From positions 1,884,143-1,943,503 of the forward strand of contig CP070838.1 in assembly GCA_020341835.1 (NCBI GenBank): a DNA stretch of 59,361 nt, written 5' to 3'. The notes under the pieces are model-generated. The model searched no databases. It was not told the DNA's origin and saw only the letters and a list, made by a program, of their open reading frames with translations. Shown piece after piece: positions 10,883-20,290 of the stretch. This DNA is from Thiotrichales bacterium (GTDB lineage Bacteria > Pseudomonadota > Gammaproteobacteria > SZUA-229). Position 1 is the first letter of the stretch. Every line of letters begins with the position of its first letter. A program made the translations under genes and the position numbers.

Positions 10883-13366
10883 ATGTTTTCACACAGGCGC
10901 ACTGCAAAGATAGTCAAGATCCTGCTGCTTAGCGGGATTGTTCTCGCCCTGGTTCAGGGTTTGCTGGTTTTTTCAGATTTGAGTTTCACCTCTGAAAAAG
11001 CCCGACGAATTATTCGTGACCAGATCAGCAACGTGTTTCAGCGCGATACGTTGATCGAAGGTGATGTACGCATAACGGTGTCATTGTTTCCCGAGCTGCT
11101 GGTAGAACAAATACGTATCAAAAACCACGAAGGCTTCGCTGAAGATGATTTTGTTACATTATCGGAAGCCAGGGTCCGTATCGCATTACCGCCGCTGTTA
11201 AGCGGCAACCTCTATCTGGAAGAACTCACTGCAAGCCATGCCCGTATCAACCTGATTCGAACCAGGGATGGATCGTACAACTGGAGCTTTGAGGACCTGT
11301 ATGAACAGACGGCTTCAACGCAGGCAAAGAAAAAGAAGGATTCACAAGGTCCAGCTGTTAGAGAGCGCATGCAAATCGATGTACTCAAGCTAAGCGATGT
11401 TGCGATCAATTATATAGATATCCCACAAAATATTTCCTTTACCAATATTCTGGACAAGCTATCAGTTGATGTATCAGACAAGACCGAACCGAGAGCGGAA
11501 GTCATCGGTAGCGTTGATGGCTATGTTTACGAATTTGAACTTGAAGCCGACCCGCTCGAAAAACTTTTCAGTGGTCAATCCTGGAATATCGATGGCTCGG
11601 GCACAATAGCAGATAAAACTACAACGACTGAAGTGCTTATTCAGATTGACGGGCAGGGTATCAACGGTCAAATTGAAGCCAGCGTTGACGACGTGGACCT
11701 GGGCGTCCTGCTGGGTGCCACAGGAATATCAGATGATCTGAAAGCCGCCAGTAGCGTATTAAATATAAAGATAGCGCTTAAAGGTGAGCAAGTGCAAGAA
11801 GTGGTCAAAAACACAGATATAGAAATCCATCTGAAAGATGGATACTGGAAATGGCAAGCCCTGTTGAAGGATGAAATCAGAACACTGACTTTTAGTAAAA
11901 CCTCTTTAAAAGCTTCCTGGAACAGCGCTGTTCAACTACACGTGGACGGGCGGTTGTTTAATGAAGTTGTCCAGCTTGATCTGATCACGAACACACTGTC
12001 GGATTTTGTTGAAGGAACTGACAAGCTTGATATAGACCTGAAAGCCCATGTAGCTGCCAGCGATTTACATCTTGTAGGTGAGCTGGATCTTCCTTTTAAG
12101 GGGGAGCAATTCAGGCTGGACCTGAAGCTCAAAGGAAAAGATCTAGAAAGGCTGAACAGGATCCTGAACAGCGAGTTACCACCGTTTAACGACTACAGCC
12201 TTAGCGGAAAAATTTCTGCGAATGAGAAAGGCTATGTTATCAGGGCCGATGATGCAACCATAGGCGACACGCATTTCAAGGCGGCAATCATTATTGATAC
12301 AAGTTCTTATAAACCGTTATGGTCTTTTAATCTTGTCAGTAGCCAGTTGCAGATCAGGGATTTTGAATTTGCCGAAGAAAGGATCGAAAAACTGGACGCA
12401 GAATATCTGAGAGAGGCACTGAAGATTGATAAAGACAAGCAACAGGAGCCGGGCCGCAAGCTTAAACAGATTGTTGATGATCCCAGAATGCATTTCGATC
12501 TAAATGTTAAGGCAGAGAAGGTGTTGGCCGGTGAAAGTGTTTTGGGTAGCGCAGGTTTTCAGATCAAACTACGCGACGATACCCTTGTGTTGCAGGATGC
12601 AGAGTTGCAGATTCCGGGCGGCAAAATCAAATCCAGTGCATCATTCAACATCCAGGATGATGAGGTTACCGGGGAACTGAAGCTGGATATTGATAAATTT
12701 GAAACCGGTATTATTGCCCGCTACCTGACCAGCGATTCAAAACAGGGCGGAGCGGTGAGTGCCAGGGTGGACCTCGAGCTGGGTGGGCCAAGCTTTGAAA
12801 GAATATTTGATCACGCCAGTGGGAAACTCGATGTCGCTCTTTGGCCAAGAAATGTTTCTACGCCGATGTTTGACATCTGGGCGAATAATCTCTTCTTTCT
12901 GATACTGCCAGAGATCAAAAAACAGGAATCAAGGTTGAACTGTATCGTTGCCTTGATGGATCTAGAAGACGGCGTGATGAAAGAGGATTTCTTTGGTCTG
13001 GATAGCACCAAGGTCTGGATGGTGGGCAACATCACTGTCGATTTCAAACAGGAGCAGGTAAAACTGGCTCTCTACCCCAGGTCAAAAACAGCGAGAATGT
13101 TTTCGGTACAGGCACCCATAAGGGCGGAAGGCCAATTCGAGAATATAAAACTGTCAACCAATCCGATAGATTTGACCGCCGCTTATATTTCATTTATTAC
13201 CAGCCCGCTTCATGTCCCGGCGCGCTGGGTTTTCGAGGACAAGGTGCCTGAAGATGCCAGTGAGAAATGCGAACAGTTTTTCGATCGAGACTATATTAAG
13301 GAGCTGAAACAAAGAGTGGAAGCGGAAGAGGCAAAAGAGATCGAAGAGTGGCTCGAGTCCGATTAG
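10883..13366 (+). CDS. AsmA-family (AsmA-like) envelope protein
   Basis: 827 aa with an N-terminal TM anchor (IVKILLLSGIVLALVQGLLVF) followed by a long beta-rich repetitive region, as in AsmA/YhdP-type proteins. Visibly more AT-rich than its neighbours. Confidence 0.7.
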   Translation: MFSHRRTAKIVKILLLSGIVLALVQGLLVFSDLSFTSEKARRIIRDQISNVFQRDTLIEGDVRITVSLFPELLVEQIRIKNHEGFAEDDFVTLSEARVRIALPPLLSGNLYLEELTASHARINLIRTRDGSYNWSFEDLYEQTASTQAKKKKDSQGPAVRERMQIDVLKLSDVAINYIDIPQNISFTNILDKLSVDVSDKTEPRAEVIGSVDGYVYEFELEADPLEKLFSGQSWNIDGSGTIADKTTTTEVLIQIDGQGINGQIEASVDDVDLGVLLGATGISDDLKAASSVLNIKIALKGEQVQEVVKNTDIEIHLKDGYWKWQALLKDEIRTLTFSKTSLKASWNSAVQLHVDGRLFNEVVQLDLITNTLSDFVEGTDKLDIDLKAHVAASDLHLVGELDLPFKGEQFRLDLKLKGKDLERLNRILNSELPPFNDYSLSGKISANEKGYVIRADDATIGDTHFKAAIIIDTSSYKPLWSFNLVSSQLQIRDFEFAEERIEKLDAEYLREALKIDKDKQQEPGRKLKQIVDDPRMHFDLNVKAEKVLAGESVLGSAGFQIKLRDDTLVLQDAELQIPGGKIKSSASFNIQDDEVTGELKLDIDKFETGIIARYLTSDSKQGGAVSARVDLELGGPSFERIFDHASGKLDVALWPRNVSTPMFDIWANNLFFLILPEIKKQESRLNCIVALMDLEDGVMKEDFFGLDSTKVWMVGNITVDFKQEQVKLALYPRSKTARMFSVQAPIRAEGQFENIKLSTNPIDLTAAYISFITSPLHVPARWVFEDKVPEDASEKCEQFFDRDYIKELKQRVEAEEAKEIEEWLESD

Positions 13367-13426
13367 TAGTTCTGCTATTGCAGCGCGTTGACTCGCTGCG
13401 CATCATTTAGTAACTGGAGTTGAAAA

Positions 13427-14170
13427 ATGTTTGAATGGTTTGCAAGCCCCGAGGCGTGGATAGCACTGGCTACCCTGACCGCCCTTGAAATCGTACTTGG
13501 TATCGACAATATCATCTTTATATCGATACTGGTTGGCCGCCTGCCTGAACATCAACGCGAGTTTGGCCGCCGTGTCGGTATCAGCCTGGCAATGCTGACC
13601 CGACTGGGACTGTTGTTTTCGATTGCCTGGGTCATGGGGCTCAAGGACCCGTGGTTTACCGTACTGGCACAGGAAATATCCGGGCGTGATCTCATTTTGA
13701 TTGGCGGCGGCCTGTTTTTGCTGTTCAAGTCCACGCACGAAATCCACAACAGCCTCGAGGGTGTCGAAGAATCAACCGAAGTACCGGCGGTCGCCGGTCT
13801 TGCCAGTGTGCTGGTACAGATTGCGATTCTAGATATCGTCTTTTCACTGGATTCGGTAATCACAGCCGTTGGCCTGGTTGACCATGTCTCTATCATGGCA
13901 ATCGCGATCATCATTGCGGTTGCTGTTATGCTGATGGCAGCAAAACCTATCGGGGATTTCGTCGACAGACATCCCACCATCAAGATCCTTGCACTGTCCT
14001 TCCTGATACTGGTCGGAGTGACCCTGATCGTCGAGGGTTTCGATGTGCATGTACCAAAAGGCTATATCTATTTCGCGATGGCCTTCTCGGTCTCGGTCGA
14101 GATGCTGAACATTCGCATGCGTAGAAAAGCGGCCGTACCCGTCAAACTGCATAAACAGTTGGGTGACTAG
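13427..14170 (+). CDS. TerC-family integral membrane protein
   Basis: 247 aa, polytopic, with the motifs LEIVLGIDNIIFISILV and ILDIVFSLDSVITAVG typical of TerC/YoaE-type proteins. Confidence 0.85.
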   Translation: MFEWFASPEAWIALATLTALEIVLGIDNIIFISILVGRLPEHQREFGRRVGISLAMLTRLGLLFSIAWVMGLKDPWFTVLAQEISGRDLILIGGGLFLLFKSTHEIHNSLEGVEESTEVPAVAGLASVLVQIAILDIVFSLDSVITAVGLVDHVSIMAIAIIIAVAVMLMAAKPIGDFVDRHPTIKILALSFLILVGVTLIVEGFDVHVPKGYIYFAMAFSVSVEMLNIRMRRKAAVPVKLHKQLGD

Positions 14171-14203
14171 CCCAGGGTATCAAGGGTTTTTTCAAAATCA
14201 AAC

Positions 14204-14340
14204 TGTAGGAGCGGCTTTAGCCGCGAAAAACGCCAGGCTCGCGAATACCTGATCAAGATTGATAGAGCGCTGGTGTGGTTGGCAACGGTCAAAACACCGG
14301 GCTGTGTTTCACCGAATTCGCGGCTACGGCCGCTCCTATG
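14204..14340. repeat. Inverted pair of REP units (BIME-like)
   Basis: TGTAGGAGCGGCTTTAGCCGCGAA at 14204-14227, and a diverged inverted copy TTCGCGGCTACGGCCGCTCCTATG at 14317-14340. Confidence 0.8.
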
Positions 14341-14494
14341 GAAGATATCTGACCCGCACCCTTTAATGCCATTAATCATCTGAACCTGGATATTCAAGAT
14401 TGTAGACTTTCCGTTGCGCCCTCTGCATAAAATTCTACGCATTCAATAAAAGCCCATCTCGCATAAGATCGATCGTTGCCGCATAATCCTGCAC

Positions 14495-16252
14495 ATGGAG
14501 GTATGCGATCAAAAAGCGGTTACCAGAGCGCTATACACGTTCACCTACGTGTGCCTGCTGTGGTTAGGGTGTTTCAATCCCGCTCAAGCGCAGGTCCTGA
14601 TTACCGGGGTCGAGCCGGCTGTGCGCGACAATATTCTAGCCTACCTGCGGCTTGATGATGAAAAATGCGATGCACCCGAGTGGCGGGTACGTCGCCTGTT
14701 CATCGATGCGAATCGTGAGATTCGTAATGCGCTCGAAGTTGTCGGTTTCTACAATGCCGAGATCGAAAAACAGCTGACCATCGGGGACACCTGCTGGGAG
14801 GCGAATATCGAGATCTCACCCGGGCAGCCGGTTCGGCTGCGTCATGTGTCTATCGAAATTGATATGGGTGACAGCCACGATGCCGAGCTGGATAAAGTGG
14901 TCAATCAATGCGCCCTGCATGTCGGGGATGTCTTGCAGCATGCCAGCTATGAAGCCTGCAGGCGCAGGATCGCCAGAGTGGCGGAAAGCCGCGGATATTT
15001 CGCTGCCGAGTTCACTGCCCGGCGTATCGATGTGTTCCCGCAGGCGTACGCAGCCGATATCCACCTGCACTTCAAAACCGGACCTCGCTATGTGTTCGGT
15101 GAAATCACCTTCGATCAATCCGTTCTCGATGCTGACCTGATACACCGCTTCGTCATAATCACGCCGGGCGAACCCTACGATGCTGAGCGCGTCAGACGTT
15201 TACAGCGCTACCTGGTAACGAGTGCCTATTTTGACCAGGTGGTGCTGACGCGCAATCCACGTGGCGCGCCCGACTTCGATGTGCCGATTCATATCGAGCT
15301 GACACCGGGCAAAAAATTCCAGTACAACGCCGGTATCGGTTTCGCCACCGATGTCGGACCGAAGCTGCGTTTTGGCGTACTTAACCGGCGGGTTAATCCC
15401 GGTGGGCACCAGACCGAGTTCGAGCTGAACCTGTCCAGGGTCATCTCGGACGTGGGTGTGACCTATCGCATCCCGCTCGACAAACCCAAGGACTGGTTTA
15501 CCATGGATACCGGCTTCAAGTACGAAGACAATGACAGCTTCGAGAGCAAGCTGTTCACCGCGGGTGTGCAACGTGTTCAGGAACGTGATGATGCCTGGAT
15601 ACGCACCCTGTTCCTGAATCTCAGACTCGAGGAATATGAGACCAGCGAAATAGACCAGGACCGCTCAAGACTGCTTACGCCGGGTATCAGTTACGCGTTT
15701 GTTGAAGAAGATTATCCACCACGCCCGCTGGAAGGTCATCGCACGACCGGGCAGCTACGTGGTGCTATCGAAGGCCTGATCTCAGACACCAGTTTTGGAC
15801 AGGTTTACGGCAATACAAAGTGGGTGTTTAAACTCTGGTCGAGCGGACGCCTGTTAACCCGGGCCGAAGCCGGCTTCACGCTGATCGATGAACTCGATAC
15901 CTTGCCTGCCTCGGTACGCTTCTTCGCCGGTGGCGACACCAGCGTGCGCGGCTATGCCTATAAATCACTCGGGCCGGTAGATCCGTTCGGTAATGTTGTC
16001 GGTGGTGAAAACCTGCTGGTCGGCAGCATCGAGGTCGACCAGCAATTTGCGGACAGCTGGGCAGTGGCAGCGTTTATCGACAGCGGCAACGCCTATGATA
16101 AATTCAGCAGTTTCGATACAGCAACCGGTGTCGGTGTCGGTATCCGCTGGTTTTCACCACTCGGCCCGATCCGTATCGACGTGGCGGTGCCGCTGCAGGA
16201 CGATGCGCCGGACGATTACCGCCTGCATATAACACTGGGGCCTGACCTGTGA
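14495..16252 (+). CDS. tamA: Translocation and assembly module outer-membrane subunit TamA (Omp85 family)
   Basis: 585 aa with a signal peptide ending PAQAQ, POTRA-like repeats, a C-terminal Omp85 barrel (FFAGGDTSVRGY ... GVGIRWFSPLGPIRIDVA), and a 4-nt overlap with tamB. Confidence 0.85.
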   Translation: MEVCDQKAVTRALYTFTYVCLLWLGCFNPAQAQVLITGVEPAVRDNILAYLRLDDEKCDAPEWRVRRLFIDANREIRNALEVVGFYNAEIEKQLTIGDTCWEANIEISPGQPVRLRHVSIEIDMGDSHDAELDKVVNQCALHVGDVLQHASYEACRRRIARVAESRGYFAAEFTARRIDVFPQAYAADIHLHFKTGPRYVFGEITFDQSVLDADLIHRFVIITPGEPYDAERVRRLQRYLVTSAYFDQVVLTRNPRGAPDFDVPIHIELTPGKKFQYNAGIGFATDVGPKLRFGVLNRRVNPGGHQTEFELNLSRVISDVGVTYRIPLDKPKDWFTMDTGFKYEDNDSFESKLFTAGVQRVQERDDAWIRTLFLNLRLEEYETSEIDQDRSRLLTPGISYAFVEEDYPPRPLEGHRTTGQLRGAIEGLISDTSFGQVYGNTKWVFKLWSSGRLLTRAEAGFTLIDELDTLPASVRFFAGGDTSVRGYAYKSLGPVDPFGNVVGGENLLVGSIEVDQQFADSWAVAAFIDSGNAYDKFSSFDTATGVGVGIRWFSPLGPIRIDVAVPLQDDAPDDYRLHITLGPDL

Positions 16253-19200
16253 CGCGCACCATCAAAATTACGGCGCTCGTTGTGCTGCTGACGACAGTGA
16301 TGGCTGTGGTTGCCCTGACTGCGGTGCTGACCTGGGCCGTTCGATCGGAACAGGGTAGCCGCTGGTTGCTGGAGCAGGGGCTGGGTTTTGTACCGGTAAC
16401 GATTCAGGCTGATGGGATATCCGGTACCCTGGCAGACGGACTCGATGTTGAAAGCCTGTACATCGCATTACCCGCGGCCGAAATTCGCGCCGAAGTCATC
16501 AGCTTCAGCTGGAGTCCGGCCAGCCTGCTCGCCGGCGTCGTTAATATCCACAGCGCTCAAATCAATGCGCTCAGCGTCGATATTATGCAGAGCGAAAGCA
16601 GCGGCGAACCCATCGACGATCTGTTGTTCTGGCTGCAGATACCGATTGATATACATATAGAGTCCGGGCAACTCGGCAAATTGCGCGTCGAACAGGCGGA
16701 ATTCGAGAATCTGGAAATTGCCGGAAAGATCGGGCACGGGCGTCTGCACATAGAGACACTGGCCGCGCAGATTGCCGATGTAAGGCTGAAAGCCAACGGT
16801 GAACTGGCTGGACCGGGCCCCGGCCGACTGGTCGCTGACGCTAGCTGGGATATGCCATCACAAAACCTGAAGGGAAGCGGCAGCTTCGAGGGTGACATCG
16901 AAACGCTGGAATTCAGCCAGCTGATCTATATGCCTGAAGTCGTGAACTTCAATGGTACCATCCACGATCTGTTCAAATCACCCTCGCTGTCCGGCATTGC
17001 TGAGTGGCAGCGCCTGCGTCTGCCGGGCGAAACAGCGCTTCACGCCAATGCGGGCCGTTTTACGATAAACAGCGACTTTGTCTCTGCGCGCATTGAGGGC
17101 AACAGCACCCTGTTGCTCGAAGGCTGGCCGGCGGCACCTGCCCAGCTGGAAGCATTGATCGATCTGGACGGGATAACCATTGACAGCTATCAAATAGAAA
17201 CACTTGATGGCCAGGTTTCCGGACTGGGGAGGATTGATTTTGGCGATCAACTGCAGGGGCGCCTGCAGATCGATGGCACCGGGATCGACACCGGTCTGGT
17301 CAACAGTGATCTGCCGGGCCGGGTCGGTTTTGACGCTGTGTTGTTGATTGAATCGGTCGAAGAATTGTTGCTCGATGTAACCAGGGCCGATGCCTTGATG
17401 GTTGATCGAAATTTCAGTGGTGTAGCGCGGGTAAAACTGAGCAATGGCGAGCTTGCCGCGATCGATGCCAGTATCAATGCTGGCAGCAACCGGTTGCATG
17501 CAACCGTTGAGCTGGGCAAGCAACTGGCGGGCACGATCGACCTGCAGGCTCCCGAGCTGACGATGCTCTGGCCGGGCCTGGTGGGCAGTGCGGATGGCAC
17601 CGTCACTCTGTCCGGCAGCCCTGAACAACCGCGGGGACGACTGACGGCGCAGGCGACATCCGTTGCCTACGAACAACAATCGCTAGAGACACTCCATTTC
17701 AGCGGCGAATTCCTGCCTGACAACCGGTTAAGCGGCAAGCTGGCTGCTACCGGCCTGGTGGTCGCTGAACAGCAGCTGGGTGATCTCGAAGCGTCGCTGT
17801 CCGGTACACGCTCTGAGCATCAATCCGTGTTGTCCTTGAGTGGCGGCGTGGTTGCGGTGGAATTGCAGGCCAGCGGTGGCTGGGATGGTGAGTATTTGAG
17901 TCAGCGTTTTACCGCTGGACGAATCCAGCCGGACGGTTTTGATCCCTGGCATCTGGGGCAGAATCCGGTATTGCGCCTGGCCGCAGACAAGGGAGAGCTG
18001 AGTGAACACTGCTGGAATCAGGGGGGATCGGGTATCTGCGTTGCGACCACCAGCTGGGAGAGCGGCAGCCTGAACAGCACGGTCGCTGTCAACGATTTTG
18101 CACTCGCCAGCCTGCAGCCTTTGTTGCAGGAGGGTTACAGTATTGATGGAATCGTCGATGCCGACCTCAGGCTGGTTCGAAATGCGGCAGGACTGCAAGG
18201 AGAACTGCACTGGCGCCAGTCACGCACAGTGCTGGGATACTCTGACGAGATCGATACTTTTTCAACCGTGCTGGACGAAGTGCAGATCGACATTCTGTCA
18301 GACAGGAACAGGACGAGCCTGGATGCTGTTCTAAACGGCGAAGATGGGATGAATATCTCCGCGACCGCCAAAGTCAGCGGTCCGCTGGTGTCGGAAAGTC
18401 GGCTGGAAGCGGCTGCCAAAGGCAGACTGCCCAGTATCGGCTTGTTGAGACCGCTGGTACAGCGGGTCGTTAACCCGGGTGAATTGCAGGGTGTGTTGAC
18501 GGTCGACCTGGGTGTGACCGGTAGCCTGGGCGATCCGGTTTTCACCGGCGGTGCTTATCTTGCCGACGGCAAGCTGGGGCTTGCGGGCGCCGGCATCACC
18601 CTTAGCGATATCAACCTTGCGGCCGAGAGTAAAGGCACCGATAAGCTGCTGGTGACGGGCGGGCTGCGATCGGGTAGTGGCCATGCTGACATCCTCGGTG
18701 AGATACGCTCGAACGAAGCGAACGATCTGGTAGCCGACATTCGAATCCAGGGTGAAAACCTTGCCACTGTGCGTGTGCCCGACCTGAGTGTTGATACGTC
18801 TCCCGATCTCAGGCTGCGTATTGGCGATGGTGTGTTCGATGTCAGCGGCAGGTTACAGATACCGCGTGCCGTTGCGGAGATTCGCGACCTGCCGCAGGGT
18901 GCCGTGCCAAAATCCGCGGACGTCATCGTGCACGCGCCGGAGCGAGAGCTTGAACGAGCGAACGAGACCATTGTTACCCTCGATGTCGAGCTTGTACTCG
19001 GTGACGACGTACGTTTCAGAGGCTTTGGCCTGGATAGTCGGCTGGATGGCGGGCTGCGCCTGCGGCAGGGAAAAGGCGATAATTTGCGCACCAGCGGCAC
19101 CGTGCGGGTGCGTGACGGTTTTCTGACCGGCTACGGCAGGGAATTGCGCGTCGATCGCGGCGAGCTCACCTTCACCGGTCCGCTCGATGATCCGTTGGTC

Positions 19201-19656
19201 AACATCCAGGTCAGCCGGGAGTCGGTCTACGATGGTCGGCAATACACCATCGGTTTGCGACTGACCGGGTCGGCGCAGAATATCAAAACCGAACCGTTCT
19301 CGCGCCCGGCGATGAGCGAGCGTGATGTACTGTCGTTCCTGTTACTCGACAGGCCGGCAAGTTCCGACAGCGATGCGACGGGCGCAGCAGTCGCACTGGG
19401 TCTGCAGCAGCTGCTTCCGGATCAGAGCGGTCGATTCGGTCTGGACGAAGTCAGTTTCGAAACCAATGATGCCAATGAAGCGGCCATGGTCGCCGGCAAG
19501 CGCATCAATGACAACCTGCATGTGCGCTATGTGTTTGGTTCGCTGGGCTCGCCCGGTTCGTTCAGGATTCGCTACCGGCTTGGTCGCGGCTTCAGCCTGG
19601 AAGCCAGCACCGGAGCGCGCCAGGCACTGGATTTGATTTACCTGCTGGAACGCTGA
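16249..19656 (+). CDS. tamB: Translocation and assembly module inner-membrane subunit TamB (DUF490)
   Basis: 1135 aa with an N-terminal TM anchor, a long beta-helical repeat region, and a C-terminal DUF490-like segment (GTVRVRDGFLTGYGRELRVDRGELTF...). Coupled to tamA. Confidence 0.85.
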   Translation: MTRTIKITALVVLLTTVMAVVALTAVLTWAVRSEQGSRWLLEQGLGFVPVTIQADGISGTLADGLDVESLYIALPAAEIRAEVISFSWSPASLLAGVVNIHSAQINALSVDIMQSESSGEPIDDLLFWLQIPIDIHIESGQLGKLRVEQAEFENLEIAGKIGHGRLHIETLAAQIADVRLKANGELAGPGPGRLVADASWDMPSQNLKGSGSFEGDIETLEFSQLIYMPEVVNFNGTIHDLFKSPSLSGIAEWQRLRLPGETALHANAGRFTINSDFVSARIEGNSTLLLEGWPAAPAQLEALIDLDGITIDSYQIETLDGQVSGLGRIDFGDQLQGRLQIDGTGIDTGLVNSDLPGRVGFDAVLLIESVEELLLDVTRADALMVDRNFSGVARVKLSNGELAAIDASINAGSNRLHATVELGKQLAGTIDLQAPELTMLWPGLVGSADGTVTLSGSPEQPRGRLTAQATSVAYEQQSLETLHFSGEFLPDNRLSGKLAATGLVVAEQQLGDLEASLSGTRSEHQSVLSLSGGVVAVELQASGGWDGEYLSQRFTAGRIQPDGFDPWHLGQNPVLRLAADKGELSEHCWNQGGSGICVATTSWESGSLNSTVAVNDFALASLQPLLQEGYSIDGIVDADLRLVRNAAGLQGELHWRQSRTVLGYSDEIDTFSTVLDEVQIDILSDRNRTSLDAVLNGEDGMNISATAKVSGPLVSESRLEAAAKGRLPSIGLLRPLVQRVVNPGELQGVLTVDLGVTGSLGDPVFTGGAYLADGKLGLAGAGITLSDINLAAESKGTDKLLVTGGLRSGSGHADILGEIRSNEANDLVADIRIQGENLATVRVPDLSVDTSPDLRLRIGDGVFDVSGRLQIPRAVAEIRDLPQGAVPKSADVIVHAPERELERANETIVTLDVELVLGDDVRFRGFGLDSRLDGGLRLRQGKGDNLRTSGTVRVRDGFLTGYGRELRVDRGELTFTGPLDDPLVNIQVSRESVYDGRQYTIGLRLTGSAQNIKTEPFSRPAMSERDVLSFLLLDRPASSDSDATGAAVALGLQQLLPDQSGRFGLDEVSFETNDANEAAMVAGKRINDNLHVRYVFGSLGSPGSFRIRYRLGRGFSLEASTGARQALDLIYLLER

Positions 19657-19668
19657 TCGCACCGGCGC

Positions 19669-20259
19669 CTAATCGGCCAGGTAGGGTTTCGCCTGTGCGA
19701 CGCGCACCGTCACCCTGACGCAAACACCGCCTTCGGTGATCTTGAACGCCTTGTAACCCTTGCCTTTATCCAGCGTGGCTGTACTGGCCTGTGCAGCGTC
19801 GCTGCCGGCGACCGCTTCGGCGCCGGCCTCATAGTGCCAGGTGCCCCTGGCGGCGCGATCGACGAGTTTTTCATCAGTGAAAACAATCAGCACCTTGAAT
19901 TTTTCGGCACCCATACCACCGCCAATTTCAAATTGCGAAACCCGGATATAGGATCGCGTATTGGTGCGCTGGTTGACAACGACACCATAGCCGGCACCGG
20001 TACCGACGACCGGTATCTTGGTTATGGTCATTTTGACCACGGCGTAGCCGGGCGACTGGTTTAGCAGTTCCTCCAGTTCCGGCGTGGTCTCGACAAGGGT
20101 CGCGATGGCCGTGTCGCTCATCGCATCGAGCTCAGCGCGGCTCGGTCCTGTTGTATCCGGTGAATTGGTGGCGCAAGCGGCGATTGCAATAACAGTGATT
20201 ACAAGCAAACCGCGGTGAATCCAGGTGGAAACAAAGGTTGTGAAAGCAGATTCCGGCAT
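19669..20259 (-). CDS. Lipoprotein with SYLF/Ysc84-like (lipid-binding) domain
   Basis: I prefer the internal start M43 (ATG at 20259), which gives the lipobox VIAIAAC and avoids overlapping the upstream PLD gene. The Gly-rich pattern (VVGTGAGYGVVV ... EIGGGMGAEKFKVLIVFTDEKL ... EAGAEAVAG) resembles bacterial SYLF/DUF500 domains. Confidence 0.5.
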   Translation of the reverse strand: MPESAFTTFVSTWIHRGLLVITVIAIAACATNSPDTTGPSRAELDAMSDTAIATLVETTPELEELLNQSPGYAVVKMTITKIPVVGTGAGYGVVVNQRTNTRSYIRVSQFEIGGGMGAEKFKVLIVFTDEKLVDRAARGTWHYEAGAEAVAGSDAAQASTATLDKGKGYKAFKITEGGVCVRVTVRVAQAKPYLAD

Positions 20260-20290
20260 TATTCGATCATCATCAACAGGCCTGTATGGC

